Origin: a virus
Strand: one strand, 5' to 3'
DNA length: 64,000 nucleotides
Virus record (IMG/VR): IMGVR_UViG_3300008113_000031
Location: 29,786-93,785 of that record
Part shown: one piece after another, positions 40,369 to 49,766 of the stretch
Layout of the letters: each line of letters begins with the position of its first letter
How positions within the stretch are numbered: the stretch's first letter is position 1
Program-made: the position numbers and the translations under genes
Notes under the pieces: generated by a model
Database searches by the model: none
Told to the model about the DNA's origin: nothing
The model's input: the letters and a program-made list of their open reading frames with translations, nothing else

Positions 40369-42479
40369 TGTCTGTCGAGACAGTAACGCAAGAACAAACA
40401 ACTACAAATTTTAATTTAACAGCCACTAATAAGACCACCAATATGTTCTCTTTTAGAATTAGTGACGACTTTTTATCAACATACAAAACTAAGACCCCAC
40501 CTTTTGGTTATAAAGATGCTGGCGGAAATTCTGTTGGAGAAATTACTTTTCTTCGCACATATTCAAGACTCAAAGAAGATGGAACAAAAGAAACATGGGT
40601 TGACGTTTGTGAAAGAGTAATTAATGGAATGTATTCTCTACAGAAAGATCACTGCAAGAGAAATAGATTGCCATGGAACGATGCTAAGGCTCAAGCATCT
40701 GCAAAGGAAGCATTTGACAGACTGTTTAATTTAAAGTGGACCCCACCAGGAAGAGGCCTTTGGGTTATGGGCACTCAGATAGTAAACGTTCAGAGAAACT
40801 CCGCTGCACTACAAAACTGTGCATTTGTATCAACTGCAGAAATGAATAAATTTAATCCAGCAAAGCCTTTTGGCTTCCTAATGGAAGCATCGATGCTGGG
40901 AGTTGGCGTTGGCTTTGACGACAAAGGTGCAGATAAAGATTTTGCAATTTATGAACCATCAAAGCCATCTGTTGTTGAAGTAATAGAAGACAGTAGAGAG
41001 GGTTGGGTGCAGTCTGTAACAAACCTAATTAATTCTTATCTTAAGGTCGATCAGAATCCAATTGAGTTTGATTACTCTTTAATTCGTCCTGCTGGAACTC
41101 CTATTAAAACATTTGGGGGAACAGCTTCAGGTCCTGGTCCACTTATTAAACTTCACACCGCAATTAATAAACTCTTTAAGGGTCGCGACGGACAAAAGCT
41201 TACAAGAAAAGATATTGCGGACATTGGAAACCTAATTGGTGTTTGTGTTGTTTCTGGAAATGTTAGAAGATCAGCAGAACTTCTCATAGGTAGAATTGAT
41301 GATGAGGATTTTCTTAACCTAAAAAACTCAGAAGTATTTCCAGAAAGAAACTCTTATGATTCTGAAAATCCAGGTTGGGGCTGGATGTCTAATAACTCAG
41401 TAGAAGTGTCGGTTGGTCAAGACCTGTCTCCCATCGTTGATGGAATTGCTAGAAATGGTGAACCAGGTGTTATTTGGTTGGATATGTCTCGCAAATATGG
41501 TCGCCTAGCTGACGCTCCAAACAATAAGGACTGGCGAGTAGCTGGTTATAATCCATGCGCAGAGCAGTCCCTAGAGTCATATGAATGCTGTACTCTTGTG
41601 GAGACATATCTTAATCGCCATGAGTCTCTTGAAGACTATAAGAGAACTTTAAAGTTTGCATACCTTTATGCAAAAACCGTAACTCTTCTTCCTACACACT
41701 GGGAAGAGACAAACGCAATCATGCAGAGAAATCGCCGTATTGGTACTTCAATGTCTGGTGTTGCAAACTTTGCTGATCGTGTCGGCATGCCTGTTCTGAG
41801 AGAGTGGATGGACGAGGGTTATAAGATCGTTAAGAATTATGATACTGTTTATTCTGAATGGCTAGGCATACGTGAATCAATTAAGATGACAACTGTTAAG
41901 CCTTCTGGAACAGTCTCTATTCTTGCCGGCGAGTCACCAGGAGTACATTGGACACCAGGTGGAAAGTACTTCAATAGGACAATTAGATTCTCTAATACAG
42001 AGCCCATGCTTGAGCTATTTAAGATGGCTAATTACATTGTTGAGCCAGCTTCTGAGTCACCAGATACAACATCTGTTGTGTATTTCCCAATTAAATCTGA
42101 AGCAGAAAGATCAGAAAAAGAAGTAACAATCTTTGAGAAGATGGCTTTAGCTGCTGCAGCTCAGAGATATTGGTCAGACAACTCTGTTTCTGTAACGATT
42201 TCTTTTGACGCAGAAAAAGAAAAAGACTACGTAGGTACTGTTTTGCACATGTATGATGGTCAGTTGAAAACTGTATCATTCTTACCAGAAGGCAACGCAA
42301 CGTACCCACAAATGCCTTACACTCAAATCACTGAAGAAGAGTACGAATCATATAAGGGTAAGTTATTCCCTATTGATTTCTCTGGAGTATATGCTGGAAT
42401 GGCTTCCGACGCTATTGGTGAAAATTACTGCACAACTGATGCATGTGAAATTAAGTTTATTAAGGAAAATAGTAAGTAA
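40365..42479 (+). CDS. nrdJ: class II (adenosylcobalamin-dependent) ribonucleoside-triphosphate reductase
   Basis: TFLRTYSR, PPGRGLW, LQNCAF, GNVRRSA, NPCAEQ, TTVKPSGT and C-terminal CTTDAC. Confidence 0.92.
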   Translation: MMSVETVTQEQTTTNFNLTATNKTTNMFSFRISDDFLSTYKTKTPPFGYKDAGGNSVGEITFLRTYSRLKEDGTKETWVDVCERVINGMYSLQKDHCKRNRLPWNDAKAQASAKEAFDRLFNLKWTPPGRGLWVMGTQIVNVQRNSAALQNCAFVSTAEMNKFNPAKPFGFLMEASMLGVGVGFDDKGADKDFAIYEPSKPSVVEVIEDSREGWVQSVTNLINSYLKVDQNPIEFDYSLIRPAGTPIKTFGGTASGPGPLIKLHTAINKLFKGRDGQKLTRKDIADIGNLIGVCVVSGNVRRSAELLIGRIDDEDFLNLKNSEVFPERNSYDSENPGWGWMSNNSVEVSVGQDLSPIVDGIARNGEPGVIWLDMSRKYGRLADAPNNKDWRVAGYNPCAEQSLESYECCTLVETYLNRHESLEDYKRTLKFAYLYAKTVTLLPTHWEETNAIMQRNRRIGTSMSGVANFADRVGMPVLREWMDEGYKIVKNYDTVYSEWLGIRESIKMTTVKPSGTVSILAGESPGVHWTPGGKYFNRTIRFSNTEPMLELFKMANYIVEPASESPDTTSVVYFPIKSEAERSEKEVTIFEKMALAAAAQRYWSDNSVSVTISFDAEKEKDYVGTVLHMYDGQLKTVSFLPEGNATYPQMPYTQITEEEYESYKGKLFPIDFSGVYAGMASDAIGENYCTTDACEIKFIKENSK

Positions 42480-42487
42480 AGATTAAT

Positions 42488-42856
42488 ATGTCAGAGTTTG
42501 AAGATGACGATATAGATAAAATATTTGAACAAATAATAGGATCGGACGGCATGGAGTCCTTAGACGTTCATCAAGTTGATGCTATTATAAGTATTGAAAA
42601 AGTATCTACTGAATCTCTTTTAAAAGAATTTAATTTTATTATACAATCTTTATCTAGGGCTATAAATCACGTATCAGATTTAGGTTTAAGCTTCATGTCA
42701 ATAGAAGGATATGGTTTAGACGACGATTTGCGAGATTTATTGGGAACTATATATAAACTAACAGAGGATTTAGATGAGTATATGGTAGAATTAATGCTTG
42801 AAGAGTCTGATCTACTAGAGGACGAAGAAAACGAAAACGATGAAGAAGATGAGTGA
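42488..42856 (+). CDS. acidic hypothetical protein
   Basis: 122-aa Asp/Glu-rich ORF. Confidence 0.65.
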   Translation: MSEFEDDDIDKIFEQIIGSDGMESLDVHQVDAIISIEKVSTESLLKEFNFIIQSLSRAINHVSDLGLSFMSIEGYGLDDDLRDLLGTIYKLTEDLDEYMVELMLEESDLLEDEENENDEEDE

Positions 42857-43556
42857 AGATAATATAATTGAAGTTTTAAATAACGGATATGTACGATTAG
42901 TTGATTACATGGGCTCCGACCTATCCGTAGTCAACGCAGCAAGAGCTTCTTTTGCAAAAGAAAGCAAAGAGTTCTCCACAAGTGATGCTAGACTTATAGA
43001 CTTTCTTGCTAGAGAAAATCATATGTCTCCATTTCGTCACGCATTTATGACCTTTGAATTCAAGGCTCCATTAATGGTGGCTAGACAGCATTGGAAATAT
43101 GTTGTTGGCTCAGATCACACTATGGACTCTTGGAATGAATCATCAAGAAGATATGTGACTATGGAGCCAGAGTTCTATGTTCCACAATCTAATCAGTGGA
43201 GACTGGCTCCAGAGGATAAAAAGCAGGGCTCTGCTGGTTTATGTGATCCATTTACTGGGGCGGCATTATCTGAGCAGTTAATTAGATATATAGAACAAGG
43301 CGAAGCCTACTATCGTCTTGCTATGGAATCCGGTATAGCGCCAGAGCAAGCAAGATTATTCCTTCCAGCTTACTCTATGCACGTCGTATACAGATGGTCC
43401 TGTAGCTTGCAGTCAGCCTGTTTATTCTTGGTTCAGAGACTTGAAGAACAAGCTCAAGAAGAGATTAGGGATTACGCAGAAGCGGTCTTGATGTTAATCA
43501 AGGACATCTATCCAGTATCAATTAAGGCTTTGGTTGGCAAATACTCTTATGCTTGA
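42849..43556 (+). CDS. thyX: FAD-dependent thymidylate synthase
   Basis: GSDLSVVNAARASF, HMSPF, NESSRRY, APEQARLFLP, AQEEIRDYA. Confidence 0.88.
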   Translation: MSEDNIIEVLNNGYVRLVDYMGSDLSVVNAARASFAKESKEFSTSDARLIDFLARENHMSPFRHAFMTFEFKAPLMVARQHWKYVVGSDHTMDSWNESSRRYVTMEPEFYVPQSNQWRLAPEDKKQGSAGLCDPFTGAALSEQLIRYIEQGEAYYRLAMESGIAPEQARLFLPAYSMHVVYRWSCSLQSACLFLVQRLEEQAQEEIRDYAEAVLMLIKDIYPVSIKALVGKYSYA

Positions 43557-43713
43557 TGTACTGTATATAGTTTTATTTTCAGTTTTGATAAACTGGATGA
43601 TTAGTTTATCTATACTTTTTCAGGTATCAAGTGATACAAAAATTAAGATTAGATCTGGTATACTGTTGTTTCTATCGGGAATTATTAGTGGGTATATAGT
43701 TTATCTGTTATGA
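43549..43713 (+). CDS. small membrane protein (54 aa, below the ORF-track cutoff)
   Basis: MLDVLYIVLFSVLINWMISLSILF..GILLFLSGIISGYIVYLL fills the gap and overlaps both neighbours. Confidence 0.55.
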   Translation: MLDVLYIVLFSVLINWMISLSILFQVSSDTKIKIRSGILLFLSGIISGYIVYLL

Positions 43714-44168
43714 CTTATGGTGATTTAACAAGAAAAGATTTGCAGTATATGCAGATGTGCTATAGTGCAGCTACAATATTTTCAACATGTGGAAAGAAAA
43801 AGTACGCTGCCATATTAGTTGATGAGTATGGGCATATTGTAGGCTTTGGTTATAATGGTGGACCAAGTGGGTCTCTTCACTGCGAAGACGGCGGATGTCC
43901 TAGATTCAAAGAGATGTCCCCAAGTGGATCAAACTATGACAACTGCATTTCTATACATGCAGAAGCAAATGCACTGCTACATTCAGACTACAGCTCTAGG
44001 GCTAAAAAGCTTTATGTCAACGGTCCCCCATGTCTTTCTTGTGCTAAGCTAATAGCAAATAGTACAATCACTGATGTATACTATGTTACTGATAGCGACT
44101 ATGAAAACTGGGAATCAGTTGAACTATTTCTTAACTCCGCCGGAGTTTCAACACACAAGATCAAATAA
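43710..44168 (+). CDS. dCMP deaminase
   Basis: GYNGGPSG, HAEANAL, PCLSCAK zinc-deaminase motifs. Confidence 0.88.
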   Translation: MTYGDLTRKDLQYMQMCYSAATIFSTCGKKKYAAILVDEYGHIVGFGYNGGPSGSLHCEDGGCPRFKEMSPSGSNYDNCISIHAEANALLHSDYSSRAKKLYVNGPPCLSCAKLIANSTITDVYYVTDSDYENWESVELFLNSAGVSTHKIK

Positions 44169-44413
44169 TGGCAGCATCTAAAGTAAATTACGTAGTATTG
44201 TATTCTGGACATAGTCAAGTCTATGGTTGTTCTTCTAAGAAAATTGCTTTAGAATCACCGCCTCCTGAGGGCTGTTCACTATCTGATAAAAAAATCTTAT
44301 TTATAACTTTTGAGCCAGACACTAATCAACTTTCTGTACATAAGGTTGATGACGAAGAGGTGCAAGGTGCAGATATTAAGGTAAAAAAAGAAAAGAAAAC
44401 GGAAGATGAGTAA
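44168..44413 (+). CDS. hypothetical protein
   Basis: 81-aa operonic ORF. Confidence 0.6.
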   Translation: MAASKVNYVVLYSGHSQVYGCSSKKIALESPPPEGCSLSDKKILFITFEPDTNQLSVHKVDDEEVQGADIKVKKEKKTEDE

Positions 44414-44639
44414 AGGGATCAAAAAGAAAGTAACTGTTAAGCTCCTACCAGGGGAGGCATTTTTTGTGGCAAATGTTGAGGTACTTCAGCACATAGCCCA
44501 AACGTATGCTTTCCTATCAGAGGGGTGCGATATACAGGAAGACAAATTATTGTGGCTTGCGGTATCTGAAGATATAGCAGGTTGGATTAGTGAAACATAT
44601 TATTCTGGTCAGGAAAATGAACAAGAAGAAGAATGGTGA
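44406..44639 (+). CDS. hypothetical protein
   Basis: 77-aa operonic ORF. Confidence 0.6.
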   Translation: MSKGIKKKVTVKLLPGEAFFVANVEVLQHIAQTYAFLSEGCDIQEDKLLWLAVSEDIAGWISETYYSGQENEQEEEW

Positions 44640-44901
44640 AGTACTTGTATTTTTACTTGCGTGTTTTTCCGTAGGTATAATTGCTGGTAGTATTTCAAAA
44701 AATAAATTGAAAAAAAATATTAGTCAAAATTCTTTGACAATACAAAACTATGTTAATAGATTATCTGAGTTTGATCTTACTGAAACTAAATCAGCTTCAG
44801 AATTATTTTTTGACTTAATGTCCACAGGGTTTCATCCACAATCTGCTTTTGATATAGTGGCTAAAGAATGTATTGATGTTGGAGAAAAATTTAATGATTG
44901 A
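44617..44901 (+). CDS. hypothetical protein with an N-terminal transmembrane helix
   Basis: MNKKKNGEVLVFLLACFSVGIIAG; ATG 44617 follows AGGAA. Confidence 0.55.
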   Translation: MNKKKNGEVLVFLLACFSVGIIAGSISKNKLKKNISQNSLTIQNYVNRLSEFDLTETKSASELFFDLMSTGFHPQSAFDIVAKECIDVGEKFND

Positions 44902-45709
44902 TTTATGTGTAGTTAATTACAACACAAGACCACTACTGCAGAGATTTTTGGACACGCTGCACTCAGATTTATATAGTCCAAATGGCGCGCTCGTAAAAAA
45001 CTGGAATCTATATATCACTGATAATGATTCTACTGATGATTTCATTCCGTGGATTAGACAAAATGAAGAGCGATACCTTATAAATAGAACTTATCTTAGA
45101 CAAAATATTGGTTACTCAGCAGCCATTAATATGATGGCTAGCAAAAGTGATGGAGATATAATCGGCGTTCTTAATGGTGACGTATGGATGACATCAGAAG
45201 ATTGCGTTAAGATAGAAAATATTTTTAACGATAATCCAGATGTTCATATTCTTGGTCCAAAGCAAAGAGATGAAAATGGCTTCATCACACACGCTGGCAT
45301 TATTGGAACAAACATTACTCCCAAGCACAGAGGGTGGAGAGAACATGATCCGCAAGATCTTTTATATAAGGACAGAATTAATTGCGTAACGGTATCCGGT
45401 TCTGCTTATTTTGTTAGAAGAGATGTTTGGAATGACCTTACAAATAATCCAAAATACAGAGAAATTTACCCTGATGCAATAGGAGCATTCTTGCCAACTC
45501 CTCATTATTATGAGGAAACTTGGTGTTCGTACTTTGCTAGACATCTTGGTTACAATGTAGTATATGATGGCTCTGTGTCAATAGGTCACAGTTGGCACGC
45601 TTCTACTCCAAAACCAGGACAAGGCGTAAGTCATGCGGATAGATACTTTCCAGTGTCTAGAGAAATTTTTAGAAAAGCCTGTGACCATATAGGAATAGAA
45701 AGAGATTAA
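44894..45709 (+). CDS. family 2 glycosyltransferase
   Basis: IDLCVVNYN, DNDSTD, NIGYSAAIN, LNGD, VSGSAYFVRR, YYEETW. Confidence 0.88.
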   Translation: MIDLCVVNYNTRPLLQRFLDTLHSDLYSPNGALVKNWNLYITDNDSTDDFIPWIRQNEERYLINRTYLRQNIGYSAAINMMASKSDGDIIGVLNGDVWMTSEDCVKIENIFNDNPDVHILGPKQRDENGFITHAGIIGTNITPKHRGWREHDPQDLLYKDRINCVTVSGSAYFVRRDVWNDLTNNPKYREIYPDAIGAFLPTPHYYEETWCSYFARHLGYNVVYDGSVSIGHSWHASTPKPGQGVSHADRYFPVSREIFRKACDHIGIERD

Positions 45710-45710
45710 A

Positions 45711-46109
45711 ATGAGTGATAAATTAAATCCATGGATTTACAATGCAGAAGTTAAAAAAGTTGTTGATGGAGATACATTTGATATCGTCATCGACCTTGGC
45801 TTTGATACCTTGAGAAAGGGAAGAGTCCGACTTTATGGTGTAAATACACCAGAAAGCAGAACTTCTAATATAGAAGAAAAGAAGCAAGGTTTAGCTGCAA
45901 AAGAATTTACAGAACAGTGGCTTGCAAAGGCTCAAAATTGGGTTAAGATAGAAACTATAATTGATAAAAATGAAAAGTATGGAAGAGTGCTTGCAAAAGT
46001 CTGGGACAAAGATGGAAACTGTTTGAATACCGACATAGTTTCTGCCGGCTTGGCTAGAGAATATTATGGAGTTGGCGACAAAACTTGGACTGAATTCAAA
46101 AATGGCTAA
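45711..46109 (+). CDS. thermonuclease (SNase-like)
   Basis: VVDGDTF, RVRLYGVNTPE, EKYGRVLA, LVSAGLA-type ending. Confidence 0.9.
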   Translation: MSDKLNPWIYNAEVKKVVDGDTFDIVIDLGFDTLRKGRVRLYGVNTPESRTSNIEEKKQGLAAKEFTEQWLAKAQNWVKIETIIDKNEKYGRVLAKVWDKDGNCLNTDIVSAGLAREYYGVGDKTWTEFKNG

Positions 46110-46115
46110 CCCATA

Positions 46116-47312
46116 ATGCTTGTCAGTGAGTTGGATATTCCTTTTGTTAAAAATACATACACTAGATTTGAGCAAAGAGAAGAAACATTTGCCTTAAGAG
46201 ATCAAACTTGGATAGGCAAAAATAATATAGGCTATGTCCTCTTTAGACACGAAGATATTAATAATGTTTTAAAAGACAGTCGCTGGCATACTGCCATAGG
46301 ATTACTTGCTGAGTTAAATACCAACCTTCCTGCAGAGTTTAAGCAGAGAAGAAAAAATGGTTTAATGGCACTTAATGATAAAGCTCATTCAAGGTTAAAA
46401 AAATTAGTAGTGCCAGCTTTTACCGCTAGGCACTCCGATAGTCTTAGGCCGTTTATGGGTTTGTTAATGAATGAACTTATTGACTCATTGGCAACAAAAC
46501 AAACAATAGACTTACAGAAGGATATTTTTAACTATTACCCGATACCAATTCTATGTAAGTTATTTGGTATACCTAGTAGTGACTGGAAAATGTTTAGCGA
46601 TTGGTCCTACTTAATGTTTAATATATTTAACTTAAGCGGCGAAATTAATCAAGAAAAAGTATCAAGTGCTCAAAAAGAATTTGATGAGTATACTTCTGAT
46701 CTTATTTCTTATAAGAGAAAAAACCTAACAGATGACTTACTTTCTAGTCTAATTAAATCAGAACAAGATGGAGATCTTTTATCCACAGAAGAGCTGATTA
46801 TGCTCATAGAAATAATTATTGCTAGTGGAATTGACACCACAAGATGCCAATTGGGTTTATGCTCTAAGACAGTCTTGGATTATAATTTACAAAATAAAGA
46901 AATAAAAAATTATTTAGAAGAAATTATTAGATATGATTCAGTGCTTAGGGGAACTGTAAGAATAGCTTCCGAAGATATTTCCTATAAAGATACCGTTTTT
47001 CCCAAGGGCACTTTAGTTTATTTAAATATTGTTTCCGCAAACTTTGATTCAACAGTTTTTTATAATCCAAATGAAATAATTCTTGATAGAAAAGAATTAC
47101 ATAAAACACTATCTTTTGGTTCTGGCCTACACTATTGTTTAGGCGTAGCCTTAGCTAAGGCAGAAATTGAAGAGGGTCTAAGTGTGTTGTTTTCTAGAAT
47201 AGGTGATAGAATAGAATCATGGGAAGCAACCAGCTTGCCAGTTACATCAGTAATAAATGGATTAGACTCTTTAAAGGTAACATTAAATGCAGACATTTCT
47301 TCCGTATCCTGA
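46116..47312 (+). CDS. cytochrome P450
   Basis: I-helix ASGIDTT, ExxR (EEIIRY), heme motif FGSGLHYCLG, H.RLKKLV..AF; 398 aa, intact. Confidence 0.92.
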   Translation: MLVSELDIPFVKNTYTRFEQREETFALRDQTWIGKNNIGYVLFRHEDINNVLKDSRWHTAIGLLAELNTNLPAEFKQRRKNGLMALNDKAHSRLKKLVVPAFTARHSDSLRPFMGLLMNELIDSLATKQTIDLQKDIFNYYPIPILCKLFGIPSSDWKMFSDWSYLMFNIFNLSGEINQEKVSSAQKEFDEYTSDLISYKRKNLTDDLLSSLIKSEQDGDLLSTEELIMLIEIIIASGIDTTRCQLGLCSKTVLDYNLQNKEIKNYLEEIIRYDSVLRGTVRIASEDISYKDTVFPKGTLVYLNIVSANFDSTVFYNPNEIILDRKELHKTLSFGSGLHYCLGVALAKAEIEEGLSVLFSRIGDRIESWEATSLPVTSVINGLDSLKVTLNADISSVS

Positions 47313-47691
47313 TTTTGTACAGTCAATAAAAGTTCTAGACTATCGTCGGCTCGGCAAGCAACGCGTAGAAACATTCCAGGTACTTAACATTCTATTGGAT
47401 AGAACTCCAACTAAAGGATGGCGCAATCACCCAGTCACCCGTATGTGGACTGGCTACGAAGAAGCCCTAAAGCTGTATCAGAATTACACTATACTAGAGT
47501 GGATAGACAGAGGCTATAATAACACTATGAAGTTTGAAGACATAGATCATTCTTCAATTGTTTATCCATCATGGTTTGGTAGCGATGAATTTCATAGGTC
47601 TCATAGGTCTAATCTCTTAAGAAAAGATTACGAATATTATTCTCAATACTTTGACGATCCAGCAGATTTAGAGTATTATTGGCCAGTATGA
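47287..47691 (+). CDS. pyrimidine-dimer DNA glycosylase-like protein (MSMEG_6728-type family)
   Basis: MQTFLPYPDF..LDYRRLGKQRVE..GWRNHP..MW..HRSHRSNLLRKD..YYWP. Confidence 0.75.
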   Translation: MQTFLPYPDFVQSIKVLDYRRLGKQRVETFQVLNILLDRTPTKGWRNHPVTRMWTGYEEALKLYQNYTILEWIDRGYNNTMKFEDIDHSSIVYPSWFGSDEFHRSHRSNLLRKDYEYYSQYFDDPADLEYYWPV

Positions 47692-48092
47692 GTATTGCAG
47701 TTTACTTAGCTGGAGCCATGGATTATGTTGGTGACTACGCCAAGGGATGGCGTAAGTCGGCAACTGAGTCGTTAATGTTGTTGGGCTATAGGGTTTATGA
47801 CCCCACTTCTATTCCAGAAGAACCCAATATGACCCCGGATGAAATAGCTCAAAAAAATCTCTTCATGCAGAAAAAATCGGATATTTTGCTGGTAGAATAC
47901 ATGCTAGAAAACAGAGCATACATAGGAACTGATTACGAAATGGCTTGGGCAAAAATGAACAATCAGCCATGCGTAGTTATGTGCTCTAATCAAAACAAAG
48001 ATCGCCCATATATGAAATATATGGCAACAAAACTTGCAGACAACCTGCAAGATGCTATAGAATATATAGCAATTCATTATCCAACTAACTAA
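47688..48092 (+). CDS. nucleoside 2-deoxyribosyltransferase-like protein
   Basis: VYLAGAM..WR..YDP..SDILLV..GTDYEMAWA. Confidence 0.75.
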   Translation: MSIAVYLAGAMDYVGDYAKGWRKSATESLMLLGYRVYDPTSIPEEPNMTPDEIAQKNLFMQKKSDILLVEYMLENRAYIGTDYEMAWAKMNNQPCVVMCSNQNKDRPYMKYMATKLADNLQDAIEYIAIHYPTN

Positions 48093-48106
48093 CAAAAGGA
48101 ATAAAA

Positions 48107-48289
48107 ATGTCAGAGAACAAGTTCAAGTACTTTACTGTTACCACAACCACGCTGGTTAAGGCCAAAAGCACGACCGATGCCCAGAAGCTTGCAATGGGTC
48201 GTCGTGGCGTAACTGGTGAGGTCATGTTCAAGGATGTTGAAATCGAGCGAATCTCAGCTGTTGAGGCTCGCGAGCAGATCATCGCCTGA
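48107..48289 (+). CDS. small hypothetical protein (60 aa), GC-richer codon usage
   Basis: SD AAAGGA; codons such as ACC, GCC, CGT, ATC differ from the genome's AT bias. Confidence 0.7.
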   Translation: MSENKFKYFTVTTTTLVKAKSTTDAQKLAMGRRGVTGEVMFKDVEIERISAVEAREQIIA

Positions 48290-48306
48290 TTGTAGTATTG
48301 TCCTGT

Positions 48307-48337
48307 GAAGGGGGGACCGTTATACGGTCCTCCCTTC
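48307..48337 (+). terminator. strong hairpin after the 60-aa gene (terminator or RNA-stability element)
   Basis: GAAGGGGGGACCGT-TAT-ACGGTCCTCCCTTC, 14-bp stem with one G-U pair; weak U-tract. Confidence 0.6.
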
Positions 48338-48358
48338 TGTATATAGAAAGAATGGCAT

Positions 48359-49051
48359 ATGTTATATGCACAAATGGTTGGAAGAAATGAGTCTTCCAGA
48401 TTTCTAGAACCTGTTCTAGAAAGACTATCTACTCAGGTAGATAAAATAATTTTTACAGACGACTGTTCAACAGATAATACGGCAGAGATTGCCGCAAAGT
48501 ATGCAGAAGTATTTAGTACACCAGAACCCCTTTTTACAAAACACGAGGGACAACTTAGAGCCCTTGCTTGGGGTAACTTAGAAAAGTTTGCCAAAGAAGG
48601 TGACTGGGTTTTGGCTATAGACTGTGATGAAAAACTTTATCATGTTGATGATTTAGATGTTAAGCAGGTCTTATCTAAGTCTGAATTTGATGTAGTCAAT
48701 GTTCGTTTCTATCATATGTGGAGCGAAACACACTATAGAGTAGACAAGCTTTGGGCTCCGAATAACTCTTCAAGAATCTTTAGATTTAAGTCTGGAGCTG
48801 GTTTCCAGAATAAAGCTCTTGCATGTGGGTCTGAACCAACGTATGTTCCTCAGTGGATTCGTCAAAGAAACTACTGGAAAGATTCAGGTCTCATCATGCA
48901 ACATCTTGGTTACACTTATGATGAGGATAAAAAGTCTAAGTATGAAAGATATTCCACTTTAGATGGTGGACAGTTTCATGCCTTAAATCATATTAATTCT
49001 ATTATAGATCCTAATCCAGTATTAATTCAATGGGGAAACTTTGGTATTTGA
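48359..49051 (+). CDS. family 2 glycosyltransferase
   Basis: GRNESSRFL, DDCSTDNT, WVLAIDCDE (DxD), QHLGY. Confidence 0.82.
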   Translation: MLYAQMVGRNESSRFLEPVLERLSTQVDKIIFTDDCSTDNTAEIAAKYAEVFSTPEPLFTKHEGQLRALAWGNLEKFAKEGDWVLAIDCDEKLYHVDDLDVKQVLSKSEFDVVNVRFYHMWSETHYRVDKLWAPNNSSRIFRFKSGAGFQNKALACGSEPTYVPQWIRQRNYWKDSGLIMQHLGYTYDEDKKSKYERYSTLDGGQFHALNHINSIIDPNPVLIQWGNFGI

Positions 49052-49052
49052 A

Positions 49053-49766
49053 ATGAAAGAAAATAACGTAATATTAGATCCAATTGAGTCAATTATTGAC
49101 TTAACTTTTAAGCTTGAACAAAAGAAAAAGTTTGCCTATGTGAACATTTCTCGTTCAGCAATCAACCTAATGCTTAACGGTAGCGAAAAAAAGCCACCTA
49201 AGTATTTTGTAAAATCACTTACAAAGTGTATGAATATACAAGATCCAAATTTTCTTAAGGCTGTTCCAGTAGAGTTTATTAAAGAAATTGAACTAGGAAA
49301 GCTTTCGGAGTTTGGTCTAGAAAAAGATGGAAAGTATTATGATGCAGGAATGTTTGAATACTTTTTTGCAAATAAAAAAGAAACCGTAGACATATTCATT
49401 AATCACTATATTAGGGAGTCAAAAAATGTCGTTTTATCTTTTCACGATAAGAAAACTGTTCAAAAAGTTTTTGGACAAAATCAGTATGTAGTTTCTGTTC
49501 CATATAATAATTATTACGATAAACTTGATTCTATAATTGCTCAAATATCTGAGTTCGAAGGCGGAGTAGACAGCTGTATATTAGACTGTCCAATGTTAGC
49601 TACGGCTATAGCTCCTAAGCTATGGGAAAATCTAGATATGTCTATATTGGATTTTGGAAAAATTATAAGTTCAATTAGATTCTACTCTCTGCAAAATTCA
49701 GAGAGAGAAAAGTCAGAGTCCGACAACAAAAAGAAGTTCTACAAAAAGCGCAATGAAAAAAAATGA
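49053..49766 (+). CDS. possible GT-D-fold (DUF1792-like) glycosyltransferase-related protein
   Basis: C-terminal VPYNNYYDKLDSII..ILDCPMLATAIAPKL..ILDFG resembles the GT-D C-terminus; the RFGDGE motif is absent. Confidence 0.35.
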   Translation: MKENNVILDPIESIIDLTFKLEQKKKFAYVNISRSAINLMLNGSEKKPPKYFVKSLTKCMNIQDPNFLKAVPVEFIKEIELGKLSEFGLEKDGKYYDAGMFEYFFANKKETVDIFINHYIRESKNVVLSFHDKKTVQKVFGQNQYVVSVPYNNYYDKLDSIIAQISEFEGGVDSCILDCPMLATAIAPKLWENLDMSILDFGKIISSIRFYSLQNSEREKSESDNKKKFYKKRNEKK

